The notes under the pieces: model-generated
The model's input: the letters and a program-made list of their open reading frames with translations, nothing else
What the model was told of the DNA's origin: nothing
Databases searched by the model: none
From: an uncultured Alphaproteobacteria bacterium
GTDB taxonomy: Bacteria > Pseudomonadota > Alphaproteobacteria > Sphingomonadales > Sphingomonadaceae
Assembly (NCBI GenBank): GCA_963732725.1
Contig: CAVTAQ010000007.1
Coordinates: 209,402-273,401, forward strand
Direction of reading: 5' to 3'
DNA length: 64,000 nucleotides
In this document: positions 29,943-41,384 of the stretch, piece after piece
How the letters are laid out: each line of letters begins with the position of its first letter
Numbering within the stretch: position 1 is the first letter of the stretch
Program-made: the position numbers and the translations under genes

Positions 29943-32300
29943 ATGACTTTTTCGCCCTCCGCGCTTGTCCTGATCGGCCTGCTGGTTGCCGCATGGACCG
30001 TGGCGGCGGGCTGGATGGTGCTGGCTGCGCGCAGCAAGGAACGCAGCATCGAGGCGGACAGGCGCAACGCCCGGCGGCTTGAGCGGATGGTGGATGAATT
30101 GCCCGCTGTGCCGCTTTTGGTGCGCGCCGATGGCCGGATCGAAGCGCCGCCGCGGCTGGCTGGCTGGCTCGGGCTTGATGCCGTGCCGCAGTATCTCAGC
30201 GAACTTGATGCGGTCGGTGCCGATGGCACAGGCAGGGGGCTGACCACCGAGCAGCTGACTGAACTGACCGAACAGGTTCGCCGCACCCAGAAAACCGCCG
30301 CACCCTTTCGCATGGTGGCCACGCCGCGCGGTTCGTCGCGCAGTCTGGCCTTGCGGGGCCACCTGGCCGATCCGCAAGTCTCGCCGGGCGGCGCGGCGCT
30401 GGTGTGGATCTTCGATTTCAGCGACAGCGAGACCGAGCTGGTCAAGCTGCGCGCCGAAGCCTCGCGGGCGCGGAGCGATTTTTCGGCGCTGGTATCGCTG
30501 ATCGAAGCAGCGCCGATGCCGATGTGGTTCCGCGGGCCAGAGGGCAAGCTGCGGCTGGTCAACAGCGCCTATGTCAGTGCTGTTGGCGGGGCCAGTGCGA
30601 CGGAAGTTGTAGAAGCCGGGGCGGAACTGGTCGAGCCTTCGGGCGGCCTCACCGCTGCCCAGATCGCCTTGCAGGCTGCGGCAAACAGGGCGCCGGTTGA
30701 GCGGATGGTGGCCGCGACGATAAGCGGAGCGCGCCGCACCCTGCGGGTCAGCGATCTGCCGCTCGGCGAGGAAGGCATTGCCGGCTATGCCGTCGATGTC
30801 GAGGACATGGAGGAACTGGCCCGCACGTTCCGCGCTTTCCGCGAAGCCCAGCGCTCGATGCTCGACCAGCTGTCCGCCGGGGTCGCGCAGTTCGATGCCA
30901 AGCGCCGGATGACTTTCGCCAACCAGCCGTTTCAGCGCATTTTTGCGCTGCCAGCGTCCGCGTTGCTCGATCCCTTGCCGTTCGACAGGCTGATCGACAC
31001 GGCCCGCGATGCCGGCCGGTTGCCCGAAGTGCGCGATTTTCCGGCCTGGCGGCGCGAGAAGGGCGATTGGTTCGCGGCCAGCGAATCCAGTGAAGACGCC
31101 TGGGCGCTGGGCGATGGCACGCACTTGCGGATTGTCGCCCAGCCAATGCCGGATGGCGGGCTGTTGCTGATAGCAGAAGACCGCACCGAACAGCTCCAGC
31201 TCTCGTCCGCGCGCGATACCCTGCTGCGCACCCGCACGGCCACCTTTGACAGCCTGTATGAATCGGTCGCCGTATTCGCGCCCAATGGCCGGATGCAGCT
31301 GTGGAACCGCCGGTTTGCCAAGGATTGGGGCCTGGAAACAGACTTTCTCGACACCCATCCCCATATCGAGGAGCTGCTCAAGAAGATCGAACCCAGACTT
31401 TCGCGGCCTCTTCTGGCCAAGGCCATTGGCGATTGCGTGCGCGGGGCGACGCTTGACCGGCGGCAGGCTGGCGGGCGGGTTGGGCTAAAGGAAGGGCGGA
31501 CCTTGCGCTATACCGGTGTGCCGCTGCCCGACGGCAACGGCCTGCTGGCCGTGCTCGACATTACCGACGCGCAAAAGGCCGAAGAGGCGCTCAAGGAACG
31601 CAACGCGGCATTGATCGAGGCTGATGCCATCAAGACCCGCTTCCTCGCCAACATGAGCTACGAATTCCGCACGCCGCTTACCTCGATCGGAGGCTTTGCA
31701 GAACTGCTGCAGGCGGGTCTGGGTGGCGAGCTTGATGAGGCGGGCAAAGGCTATGCAGCCGATATTCTCGCCTCGGTCGAGCGGCTGGGTGAACAGATCG
31801 AATCCGTGCTCGACCTGTCGCAGAGCGAGGCCGGCCTGCTGCCGCTGGCTGCCGAAGAGATTGACCTGTTTTCCTTCATTTCCGCCATCGCCGAAGAGCG
31901 CAGCGCCCGGATTGCCGCAAGCGGCCTCACGCTCGATTTGCGTGGCGACAAGAGCGCAGGGAAGATTACCGGTGATGCGAGGCGCCTGTCGCGGGCCATC
32001 GGGCACTTGCTTGATAACGCCATGGCGGCCACGCCGCATGGTGGGCGGATACTGATAGAACTGTCGCGCAAGAAATCAGGCGTTCGGATTGTCGTTTCCG
32101 ACAACGGCGCAGGAATGGATTCCGCCGCGCTCGCGCGGGCGCTTGGCGGGATCAAGCTGGGGGCCGACGGCAAGAGCATCGAACGCCGCCAGGGCATCGG
32201 CCTGCCGCTCGCCCGCCAGCTGATCGAGGCACATGGCGGCAAGCTCGAGCTGATCTCCGAGCCGGGGCAGGGGACGGCGGCGATAGTCGAACTGCCGTGA
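29943..32300 (+). CDS. divL: DivL-type PAS sensor pseudokinase
   Basis: PAS repeats plus HisKA/HATPase; Tyr at the phospho-His position (NMSYEFRTPL); conserved ahcY-divL-tsaE synteny. Confidence 0.85.
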   Translation: MTFSPSALVLIGLLVAAWTVAAGWMVLAARSKERSIEADRRNARRLERMVDELPAVPLLVRADGRIEAPPRLAGWLGLDAVPQYLSELDAVGADGTGRGLTTEQLTELTEQVRRTQKTAAPFRMVATPRGSSRSLALRGHLADPQVSPGGAALVWIFDFSDSETELVKLRAEASRARSDFSALVSLIEAAPMPMWFRGPEGKLRLVNSAYVSAVGGASATEVVEAGAELVEPSGGLTAAQIALQAAANRAPVERMVAATISGARRTLRVSDLPLGEEGIAGYAVDVEDMEELARTFRAFREAQRSMLDQLSAGVAQFDAKRRMTFANQPFQRIFALPASALLDPLPFDRLIDTARDAGRLPEVRDFPAWRREKGDWFAASESSEDAWALGDGTHLRIVAQPMPDGGLLLIAEDRTEQLQLSSARDTLLRTRTATFDSLYESVAVFAPNGRMQLWNRRFAKDWGLETDFLDTHPHIEELLKKIEPRLSRPLLAKAIGDCVRGATLDRRQAGGRVGLKEGRTLRYTGVPLPDGNGLLAVLDITDAQKAEEALKERNAALIEADAIKTRFLANMSYEFRTPLTSIGGFAELLQAGLGGELDEAGKGYAADILASVERLGEQIESVLDLSQSEAGLLPLAAEEIDLFSFISAIAEERSARIAASGLTLDLRGDKSAGKITGDARRLSRAIGHLLDNAMAATPHGGRILIELSRKKSGVRIVVSDNGAGMDSAALARALGGIKLGADGKSIERRQGIGLPLARQLIEAHGGKLELISEPGQGTAAIVELP

Positions 32301-32746
32301 GGTTGGATCTTCCCGATCTGCCTGCGATGGAGCGCTTCGGCGCGGCGATTGCCGCGCATCTGCGCCCTGGCGACGTCGTCGCGCTTTCCGGAACACTGGG
32401 CGCTGGCAAGACGACGCTGGCCCGCGCGATCATTGCCGCATTGGGCCATAGGGGCGAAGTGGCGTCACCCAGTTTTGCGATCGCCGAGCTTTACGAGCCG
32501 CCGCAGGTTTCCATCCCCGTGGTCCATGCCGACTTCTACCGCTTGAACCGCCCTGAAGAGGCGGAAGAGATCGGTCTGGACGACTACCGCCAGGGGGCTG
32601 CACTGATCGCCGAGTGGCCTGAAAACGCTGGCGGTTTCGCCTTTGAGCCAGGCTGCCTCTCGGTTGCGCTCGAAATTGCGGACGAACGGCGTGTTGCCAT
32701 TGTGAAAGGTGGTTCCGATTGGCTAGGGCGGATGCCATGTCCGTGA
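32297..32746 (+). CDS. tsaE: t6A biosynthesis ATPase TsaE
   Basis: LSGTLGAGKTT, SPSF, HADFYRL, EWP. Confidence 0.93.
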   Translation: MRLDLPDLPAMERFGAAIAAHLRPGDVVALSGTLGAGKTTLARAIIAALGHRGEVASPSFAIAELYEPPQVSIPVVHADFYRLNRPEEAEEIGLDDYRQGAALIAEWPENAGGFAFEPGCLSVALEIADERRVAIVKGGSDWLGRMPCP

Positions 32747-33723
32747 CTCTGCCCGACGGCCTTGACGCCTTTCTCGCTGCCGCTGGCTGGGAGGGCGCCA
32801 GGATCGAACCTCTCGCCGGCGATGCTTCGTTCCGCCGCTATTTCCGCATCCGTGCTGGCGAGCGCAACGCTATGCTGATGGATGCCCCGCCGCCGCACGA
32901 GGACCCCTATCCGTTCCTGCGCGCCGCCAAGTGGCTTGAGGCCAACGGCATGCGCGCCCCGCAGATCTTCGCCGAGGATCAGGCGCGCGGGCTGGTTCTG
33001 CTGGAGGATTTCGGCGAAGCGCGGATGCGCGATTATCTTGACCAGTGGCCCGCTGACGAAACCGAGATATACAAGGCCGCCGTCGATGCCCTGGCAGAGT
33101 TGCACCGGCTGCCGCCCGGCCCCTTCACTGACTACGGGATGTCCGAATATCAGCGCGAGGCAAAGCTGCTGACCGAATGGTATTGCCCGGCACAGAAGCT
33201 CTACATCGACAACGAAGGCTATGCCGCTGCATGGCAGGAAGTGCTTACCCCGGTGCTGTCGCGCCAACGCCCTTCCGTTACCGTGCTGCGCGATTATCAC
33301 GCCGAAAACATCATGCTGCTTGGCGCGCTCCACAAGCAGGGCCTGCTCGATTTCCAGGACGCGCTCAACGGGCACAAGGCCTATGATCTGGTGTCACTGC
33401 TGCAGGATGCGCGGCGCGATGTTTCGCCCGAGCTGGAATCGGCAATGATCGCCCACTATCTGGCGCAGACCGGCGAGGCGGAGGCTGATTTTCGCGCAGA
33501 TTATGCCCGGCTCGGCGCGCAGCGGAATGCCAAGATCGTCGGCATTTTCGTGCGGTTGTGGAAGCGCGATGGCAAGCCGCGTTATCTGGCGATGATCCCG
33601 CGGGTCTGGGCGCTGATGGAGCGTGATCTGGCGCACCCGGCGCTGGAGCCGGTGGCACATTGGTTTGATGCCAACATACCTGCCGCATTGCGCGAAGCGG
33701 GCGGCGGCACTTACGAAGCATGA
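32737..33723 (+). CDS. amgK: Anomeric MurNAc/GlcNAc kinase (APH family)
   Basis: LAGDASFRRYFR, RDYHAEN, LDFQD; adjacent to murU. Confidence 0.85.
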   Translation: MSVTLPDGLDAFLAAAGWEGARIEPLAGDASFRRYFRIRAGERNAMLMDAPPPHEDPYPFLRAAKWLEANGMRAPQIFAEDQARGLVLLEDFGEARMRDYLDQWPADETEIYKAAVDALAELHRLPPGPFTDYGMSEYQREAKLLTEWYCPAQKLYIDNEGYAAAWQEVLTPVLSRQRPSVTVLRDYHAENIMLLGALHKQGLLDFQDALNGHKAYDLVSLLQDARRDVSPELESAMIAHYLAQTGEAEADFRADYARLGAQRNAKIVGIFVRLWKRDGKPRYLAMIPRVWALMERDLAHPALEPVAHWFDANIPAALREAGGGTYEA

Positions 33724-34445
33724 GCAAGCTGCACGTGCCTGGCACCGCGATGATCATGGCGGCGGGCAAAGGCACGCGGATGATGCCGCTCACCGCAAAC
33801 CGGCCCAAGCCGCTGGTCGAAGTTGCCGGAACCACCCTGCTCGACCATGTGCTCGATCTGCTGCGCGATGCAGGCGTCGGGCGGATCGTGGTCAATGTGC
33901 ATTATCTGGCGGACCAGATCGAGGCGCACCTTTCCGGCCGCGCGACCGATTTCGATGTGGCGGTGTCCGATGAACGGGAATTGCTGCTGGATACCGGCGG
34001 CGGGCTGGTCAAGGCGTTGCCGCTGATCCCGGACGATCCTTTTTTCTGCATCAACGCCGACAACTGGTTTGCCGATACCGAAGAGCATGCCCTGCACGCC
34101 ATGGCAGCAGCGTGGGACGCGGCGCGGATGGACGTTCTGATGCTGGTCGTGCCGTTCGAACGTGCGGGCAACACGCAGGGCAGCGGCGATTTCGACATGG
34201 ACGGGCAAGGCCGCCTTTCGCGCGACGGGCCAAAGCGCCAGCGGCCCTATGTCTGGACCGGAATTCAGCTGCTCGCCAAACATGTCGTGGCCGACCCGCC
34301 AGCGGCCGTGTTCTCGACCAACGTGTTCTGGGACCGGGCAATTGCCAAGGGCCGCTGTTTCGGTCTGGTCCATACGGGCCAGTGGTTCGATGTCGGCTAT
34401 CCCGAGGCGATCGACATGACCGAAGCTGCGCTATCCGGTGGGTGA
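33720..34445 (+). CDS. murU: Nucleotidyltransferase MurU
   Basis: MAAGKGTRM, PKPLV, LDTGGG, WFDVG. Confidence 0.85.
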   Translation: MSKLHVPGTAMIMAAGKGTRMMPLTANRPKPLVEVAGTTLLDHVLDLLRDAGVGRIVVNVHYLADQIEAHLSGRATDFDVAVSDERELLLDTGGGLVKALPLIPDDPFFCINADNWFADTEEHALHAMAAAWDAARMDVLMLVVPFERAGNTQGSGDFDMDGQGRLSRDGPKRQRPYVWTGIQLLAKHVVADPPAAVFSTNVFWDRAIAKGRCFGLVHTGQWFDVGYPEAIDMTEAALSGG

Positions 34446-37424
34446 CCGGCCCGGCCCGCAAGTCTACACGATTGCCGCGCATCGCGGATTTGCCGATGCG
34501 CTCGCCGCAGGGCTGATTCCGCGCTATTCGGAAGAAGGCTACGGTCTGGCGCGGCTCACCCTGCTGCTGCCCAGCCAGCGCGCCGCGCGGACTGTTACCG
34601 AGGCTTTTGTCAGATTGACCAGGGGCGGGATGCTGCTGCCGCGCATGGCGGTGGTCGGCGATCTCGATCTTGACGAGACGCTGGGCAGCCTGCTTGACCC
34701 GCTGGGGGCCGGAGCCGACGTTCCGCCTGCCGCCGATCCGGTGCAGCGCTGGCTGCGGCTGGCGCATTATCTGCGCGAGGTGGAGGGCGACAAGGCCGGG
34801 CAAGGCGCGGGCTTGCTGCGCAGGGCTTTCGAGATCGGGCGCACGATCGACCGCCTGCTGGTTGAAGGCCTGGTCCCGCTGGACCTGCTCGATGAGGGCA
34901 AGGCCGGGATCGTTGCCGAACTTTCGCAGCATTGGCAGCGCAATACGGTTACCTTCCTGAAGGTGCAGGCGCATTGGCTGGCCGAGCTTTCCGGGCGCGG
35001 TGAAGTCGATCCTCCCGCCCGGCGCAATCAGCTGTTCGAGCGCGCGGCCAGGCGCTGGCAGGAAGAGCCGCCCGGGCTGCCCATCGTCGCAGCTGGGGTG
35101 ACGAGCGCCTCACCGGCACTGGCAAGGCTGCTGCGCGTCGTGTCCGAACTGCCGCGCGGGGCGGTGGTTCTGCCCGATCTCGACCTGGAGCTCGACGAGG
35201 AGGTGTGGAACGAACTCGGCCATGCCGGGGCGCCGCCCGAGAAGGATGATCCGCCGTTCGGTCAATTCGATGCGGTCACCCATCCGCAATACCACCTCAA
35301 ATTGCTGCTCAACCGGATGGGCGTTGCGCGCGGCGAAGTTCAGGCCTGGCACCGATCGGGGATTGCCGCCGCTCCGCCAGAGCGCAGCCGGGCGATCTCC
35401 AACCTGTTTCTGCCGCCTGAGGCCAGCATGCGCTGGGCCAGCCTGCCGGCCGCTGCGCGGCGGCTTGCGGGCGTGCGGCTGATGGAAAGCGCGCACCCCG
35501 GCGAAGAGGCGCAGGCGATCGCGGTGCTGATCCGCGAGGCGCTCGATGTGCCCGAAAAGCGCGTGGCACTGGTCACGCCCGACCGGGGCCTTGCCGGGCG
35601 GGTGGTAGCCGAACTGGAGCGCTGGGGCATCGCAGCCGACGACACTGCCGGCGTGCCGTTGGCGCAGACTGCAGCCGGGCGGGTGCTGCTGCTGCTTGCC
35701 GAAATCATGGCCGAACAGGCTGCCGCCAGTGCCGCTGGTGGCCCTGCTGACCCATCCGCTGGTGCGCAAGGGCGATGGCAGGGCAGCCTGGCTTGAGAGC
35801 GCCCGCAAGCTTGATCTGGCGCTGCGCGGACCGCGACCGGCTCCCGGGCTCGCCGCGCTGCGCGAATGCGCCGGGAAGGCCGGGATCGGTGAATGGTGGG
35901 CTGCTGCCGAAGCGGCGCTTGAGCCATTGCTCGACCTTTCCGGGGAGGCGCCGCTGGCGACCTTGCTGGATGGGCTGGCGGTTGCCGGAGAGGCGCTGTG
36001 CGGCGAGGCATTGTGGGAAGGTCCCGCCGGGCGTGCGCTCTCTGCATTCGTCGAGGAACTTCGCGAGGCGGCGCGGGCGGCGGGAACCATGCTCGATCCG
36101 CGCGAACTGCATGCCGTGCTGCGCGATGCGATGGACCGCGTGGCCGTGCGCCCGCCCTGGGGCAGTCATCCCCGCATAGCGATCTACGGCCTGCTCGAAG
36201 CGCGGATGGCGCGCGCCGATCTGGTCATCTGCGGCGGGCTGGTCGAAGGCGTCTGGCCGGGAAGCCCATCGCCCGATGCGCTGCTGCCTCCGGCAGTTCT
36301 GCGGGCATTGGGGGTGCCGGGGGCGGACTTCCGCATCGGCCTTGCCGCGCATGATCTCGCCGCCGCGCTGGGCGCACCTCAAGTGGTATTGAGCTGGGCC
36401 CGGCGCGATATGGGCGCGCCGGTGATTCCTTCGCGTTTCGTCCTGCGGATCAAGGCGATGCTGGGCGATGATGCGAGCAAGCTTGAAGAAAAGGTGGCCG
36501 TGGAGCTTGCCCGGCAAATCGACCACGCCGAGCCTGCCGCGCGCTATCCCCGCCCGCGCCCCTTGCCCACTGCCGAGCAGCGCAAGGTCGATGTATCGGC
36601 CACCGGGCTCGACCGGCTGCGCAGCGATCCTTATGCCTTCTATGCCAATTCGATCCTGCGGCTGAAGACCCTCGATCCGCTCGATGCCGAACCCAGCGCG
36701 GCCTGGCGTGGTGAGGCGGTGCACGAGATTCTCGACCGCTGGCACAAGGCAGGAGGCAAGCCAGGCGAACTTCTGCCAATTGCCGAAGCGACGCTTGAGG
36801 AGATGAATGCCCATCCGCTGATGCGCGGGCTATGGCGGCCCCGGTTGCTGGCGGCGCTGAAGTGGATCGATGAAGAATGCGCGCAGCTGCTTGCAAATGG
36901 CCGCCGTGTGGCGGGCAGCGAAATTTGGGGTGACATGCAGGTCAAAGGCGTGCGCGTGCATGGCCGCGCCGATCGGATCGACCGGCTGGCCGATAGCAGC
37001 CTGGCGATTGCCGATTACAAGACCGGCACTGTGCCCACCCGCAAGGAAGTTCGCATGGGCTATCCGCTTGCAGCTCGGTCTGCTGGGCCTGATCGCGCAG
37101 GACGGCGGTTTCAAGGATGCATCGGGCGAACCGCGCGTATTCGAATATTGGGGCCTTGGCCGCAGCAAGGACCGCAAGGACGGAGAGGGCTTCGGCTTTC
37201 GTTTCGACATCCTCAAGTCGAAGAAATCGCAGGTCGAGCCCGAAGACTTCCTCGGCAGCACCGAAAGGTTTCTCATCGAGGCACTTGATCGCTGGATTCT
37301 CGGCAGCGATCCTTTCACCGCCCGGCTCAACCTCGATGTGGCCGGATACAACGATTACGACCAGCTGATGCGGCTCGACGAATGGCTGCTCAAGCTCACG
37401 CCTGACGAACGGAACGAGGCATGA
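34438..37424 (+). CDS. addB: Double-strand break repair protein AddB (frameshifts at about 35723 and 37064)
   Basis: Three ORF pieces; LLEAR, DPYAFYA, GRADRID, DYKTG, YDQLMR; upstream of addA. Confidence 0.9.
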
Positions 37425-40400
37425 GCAAGCCGCCAAGAGCTGTGCAGCCCCTCCATGGCAACCAGATGAAGGCGGTTGCGCCGGACGAGACGGTCTGGCT
37501 CTCGGCCTCGGCGGGAACCGGCAAGACCCAGGTGCTGTCGTCCCGGGTGCTGCGGCTCTTGCTCCAGCCGGGGGTGAAACCCTCGCAGATCCTGTGTCTG
37601 ACCTTCACCAAGGCCGGGGCGACCGAAATGGCCACGCGGATCAACGACAAGCTGGCCTTGTGGGTGCGGCTGGGCGCGACCGATCTGGCCGACGAACTGC
37701 GCGCGATCGGGGCGGATATCGGCCCCGAGAGCCAGGCCCGCGCCCGCACCCTGTTCGCCTCGGTGCTCGATTGCCCCGGCGGCGGGCTCAGGATCGATAC
37801 CATCCACGCCTTCGCCCAATGGCTGCTCGGCGCGTTTCCCGAGGAGGCCGGGCTGATCCCCGGTGCGCGGGCGATGGAGGACCGCGAGCGGTCGCTGCTC
37901 CAGCGGCAGGTGCTGGCAGACATGCTGGTCGAAGCGGAAAATGCGCCGCTCGGTGATCCGCAGCTGCTGGCTGCATTGGCAGGGCTCAGCCTGCGTCTGG
38001 GACCGGAAGCGACCGAAAGCTGGCTGATGCGCTGCGCTCAGGCGCACGGTTTGTGGTTCGGGCCTGGCGGCTGGCAAGAGCCGATGCGCGCGAATGTCGA
38101 GCGGGTGCTGGGGCTGCCGACGGGGGCCGATGAGAGCCACCTTGCAGCGCTGTGCGGGGATGACCGGTTCGATATCGCGTCGCTGCGCCGCTGCATGGAA
38201 ATCAACGTCGCCTGGAATACCAAAACCGGACAGGACACCGCCAGCCTCATCGCCGACTGGCTGGCTAGTAATCCGCTTGCCCGCAGCCGCGGTATCGACG
38301 GGCTCTTCGATGTGTTTCACACCAAAAAGGGCATATTCCGCGCGAGCACGTCACAGACCAAACTTGATCCCGAATATCCGCGCCATGTCGAAAGGGTGGC
38401 CGAAAGCATCGCGCGGGTCCGCGAACTGGCCGCGCTGATCGCGCTTGCCGAATGGCTCACCCCGGCCTTGCGGCTTGGCCGCGCTTTCGCGCTCAAGTGG
38501 GATGAGGCCAAGCGGCGCGAGGGGCTGATCGATTTCGACGACCAGATCCGCAGCGCCGCCGAACTGCTCACCAAAAGTGAATATGCGCAATGGATCGGCT
38601 ACAAGCTCGACCGCAGTTTCGATCATATCCTGGTCGACGAGGCGCAGGATACCAATGCCGCGCAGTGGTCGATCATCGACGCGCTGACGCAGGAGTTCTT
38701 TTCGGGTGAGGGTCAGCGCAGCGATGTGCTGCGCACGTTGTTCGTGGTGGGCGATCACAAGCAGGCGATCTTCCGCTTTCAGGGCACCAGTCCCGAGCAC
38801 TTCGAAGCGGCAAAGCAGCGCGTGAAAAAGGCAATGCTCGGTGCCAACGAGAACGCGCGGGGGCTTCGCAGCAATATCGATCCAAAGACCTTGCAGGACC
38901 TCGATCTCGATCGTTCGTTCCGCACCGCGCAGCCGGTGCTCGACTTTGTCGATGCCGCGCTGAAGGGTGTCGGGCACGAAAATATCGGGTTGCCCGATGC
39001 GCCGGAGAACCACCAGGGCCTCGCCATTCCCGGCCACGTCGCGCTGTGGAAGCCGGTCTGGCAGGCACCCAAAGAGGATGATGACGACGACGATGGCGGC
39101 GATGGGGAAGTCGAGGTGCTTTCCGACCGTGATCGCGAACTGGCCGATCGCATTGCGCGGCAGGCAAGGGAATGGACCGATCCCGATGGCCCCGGGCTGA
39201 TGCTCACCAAAGCGGGTCGCCGCGCCGGGCCAGGCGATATCATGGTGCTGGTGCGCAAGCGCGGAGACCTCGCGGCGCTGATCGTGGCGCGGCTCCATGC
39301 GCATGGCGTTGCGGTTGCGGGTGTGGACCGGCTCCGGCTTGGCAATCCGCTGGCGGTGAAGGATCTGGTCGCGGCGCTGCGCTTTGCCGCGCAGCCGCTC
39401 GATTGCCTCAACCTGGCGTCCTTGCTGGTTTCGCCGCTGATCGGCTGGACGCAGCAGCAATTGCTCGAACATGGCTGGCGGGAAAAGGGCGTGATGCTGT
39501 GGGATCATCTGCGCCGCACTTCGCATCCCGTTGTTGCATCGACGCTGGACCGGCTTGGCGCACTGCTTGCCCGGGCCGATTACGATCCGCCGCAGGCTTT
39601 GCTCCATTGGCTGCTGTCGGGCCCATGGCAGGGCCGCAAGGCGCTGATCCGGCGGCTGGGGGCAGAGGTTGGTGATCCGATCAACGAGCTGCTCAATGCG
39701 GCCCACGCCTATGCTGCCGGCGCCACCCCCAGTCTCGCAGGTTTCCTCGCCTGGTTCGATGCCAGTGATGGCGAACTGAAGCGCGAGGCGGAAAGCGGCA
39801 GCGAAATGGTGCGGGTGATGACCGTGCACGGTGCCAAGGGCTTGCAGGCCCCTATCGTGATCCTTGCCGATGCCACCGCCAATCCTGACAATGCGCGCAA
39901 GGAAACGCTCGATCTCACCGATCCGGGAGGCGCAGACACCCGCAAGGTACCCCTGCCGCCGCTGAAGGGCGCGGATGAGACCGGTCGCCTGGCCGAGGCG
40001 CGCGAGGTGGTTGCGCGCGAAACCGCCCAGGAGCATTGGCGGCTGCTCTATGTTGCGATGACCCGGGCCGAGGAGGCGCTGTTTGTCGGCGGCGCGCTGA
40101 CCAAGCGTGACAACGGCGCGGCCCCCCCTGCCAGCTGGTATGCGCGTCTCGCCGAAGTGATGGGAGAGCGCGAGGAAATCGACGATACGATCTGGGGCAA
40201 GCGCGCTGAATGGGGGGATCTTTTGGCGCAAGCCCCTGCGGCAGCTCTTGTGCAGGAGCTTCCCTTGCCGCCGGTGCTCCCCGCCTGGCTGACGCGCCCG
40301 CCCGCTGCTGAGCCGCGCCCGCCCAAGCCGCTTGCGCCAAGCTCTGCTGGCGAAGACCAAGCCTCCGATCCGCCGTTCCCGCCCGGCACCGGCGCAGTAG

Positions 40401-40924
40401 CGGCGCGGCGCGGGGTTTTGCTGCATCGCCTGCTCGAGCGTTTGCCCGATATCGCCCTGCACGAACGGGCCGAGGCGGCAAATCAATGGCTGGCGCGCAA
40501 TGCAGCCGAGTTGGCAGCCGATGAGCGCGCGGCGATGGCAGGCTCTGCTCTCGATGTCATCGCGGCTCCGCAATGGGCTGAACTGTTCTCGTCCGCAGCG
40601 CTGGCGGAAGTTCCGTTCTCGGCGCAAGTCGGCGGGCAGGTTATCGCGGGGACCATCGACCGGTTGCTGATCGAACCGGAACGCATCCGCATAATCGATT
40701 TCAAGACATCACGCCGCCCGCCTGAGCGCATCGATCAGGTGGCGACTTCGATACTGCGGCAAATGGCGGCCTATGCCGCCGCGCTCGAGGTGATCTGGCC
40801 TGGCCGGTCAATCGAGGCCGCCTTGCTCTATACGGCCGCACCCCGGCTTTTAGAAATTCCGGCTGAAGAACTCTTGCGACACAAGCAGGCCTTGCTGGTT
40901 GAGCAGGAAAGCTTTTCGGCTTAG
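37421..40924 (+). CDS. addA: Helicase/nuclease AddA
   Basis: ASAGTGKT, LVDEAQDT, MTVHGAKGL, YVAMTRA, GTIDRL...DFKT. Confidence 0.95.
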   Translation: MSKPPRAVQPLHGNQMKAVAPDETVWLSASAGTGKTQVLSSRVLRLLLQPGVKPSQILCLTFTKAGATEMATRINDKLALWVRLGATDLADELRAIGADIGPESQARARTLFASVLDCPGGGLRIDTIHAFAQWLLGAFPEEAGLIPGARAMEDRERSLLQRQVLADMLVEAENAPLGDPQLLAALAGLSLRLGPEATESWLMRCAQAHGLWFGPGGWQEPMRANVERVLGLPTGADESHLAALCGDDRFDIASLRRCMEINVAWNTKTGQDTASLIADWLASNPLARSRGIDGLFDVFHTKKGIFRASTSQTKLDPEYPRHVERVAESIARVRELAALIALAEWLTPALRLGRAFALKWDEAKRREGLIDFDDQIRSAAELLTKSEYAQWIGYKLDRSFDHILVDEAQDTNAAQWSIIDALTQEFFSGEGQRSDVLRTLFVVGDHKQAIFRFQGTSPEHFEAAKQRVKKAMLGANENARGLRSNIDPKTLQDLDLDRSFRTAQPVLDFVDAALKGVGHENIGLPDAPENHQGLAIPGHVALWKPVWQAPKEDDDDDDGGDGEVEVLSDRDRELADRIARQAREWTDPDGPGLMLTKAGRRAGPGDIMVLVRKRGDLAALIVARLHAHGVAVAGVDRLRLGNPLAVKDLVAALRFAAQPLDCLNLASLLVSPLIGWTQQQLLEHGWREKGVMLWDHLRRTSHPVVASTLDRLGALLARADYDPPQALLHWLLSGPWQGRKALIRRLGAEVGDPINELLNAAHAYAAGATPSLAGFLAWFDASDGELKREAESGSEMVRVMTVHGAKGLQAPIVILADATANPDNARKETLDLTDPGGADTRKVPLPPLKGADETGRLAEAREVVARETAQEHWRLLYVAMTRAEEALFVGGALTKRDNGAAPPASWYARLAEVMGEREEIDDTIWGKRAEWGDLLAQAPAAALVQELPLPPVLPAWLTRPPAAEPRPPKPLAPSSAGEDQASDPPFPPGTGAVAARRGVLLHRLLERLPDIALHERAEAANQWLARNAAELAADERAAMAGSALDVIAAPQWAELFSSAALAEVPFSAQVGGQVIAGTIDRLLIEPERIRIIDFKTSRRPPERIDQVATSILRQMAAYAAALEVIWPGRSIEAALLYTAAPRLLEIPAEELLRHKQALLVEQESFSA

Positions 40925-40985
40925 CGGTTGTCTTGGCCCGCCAGCACCCTAGATTGGGATCAACGCACTTTCAGGAGATTATCCC

Positions 40986-41306
40986 ATGGCCACCAAGACG
41001 GTCACCGATGCCAGCTTCGCCGCCGATGTTCTGGGCAGCGACAAACCTGTACTCGTCGATTTCTGGGCGGACTGGTGCGGCCCGTGCAAGATGATCGGGC
41101 CGAGCCTTGAGGAAATCAGCGAGGAACTGGCCGACAAGGTGACGATCGCCAAGGTCGACATCATGGAGAACACCGAGATTGCCAGCAAGTTCGGCGTCCA
41201 GTCGATCCCGCTGATGATCCTGTTCAAGGATGGCCAGCCGGTCGCCCAGAAGCTGGGGGCTGCCCCCAAGAGCCAGCTGAAGGGCTGGCTCGAGAGCGAG
41301 CTTTAA
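40986..41306 (+). CDS. trxA: Thioredoxin
   Basis: WCGPC. Confidence 0.96.
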   Translation: MATKTVTDASFAADVLGSDKPVLVDFWADWCGPCKMIGPSLEEISEELADKVTIAKVDIMENTEIASKFGVQSIPLMILFKDGQPVAQKLGAAPKSQLKGWLESEL

Positions 41307-41384
41307 GAATTCCGATTCGAAATTCGCGAGGTGCGAATTTCGGGGCCGGTGCCGCCCCCGAAACGTTAGTTTCGGATATAAATC

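Noticed and set aside
31640-31690. His-to-Tyr substitution in the kinase as a novelty
   Set aside because: This is the known DivL signature
34438-37424. Programmed frameshifting in addB or other split genes
   Set aside because: No consistent slippery motifs; the window-wide indel pattern is better explained by sequencing error
39074-39110. GAT/GAC run in addA
   Set aside because: Encodes an ordinary acidic loop (EDDDDDDGGDGE)
38351-40627. 758-aa minus-strand ORF (likewise 58903..61143, 6760..8568, 46477..48237)
   Set aside because: Antisense to well-supported genes; no recognisable motifs
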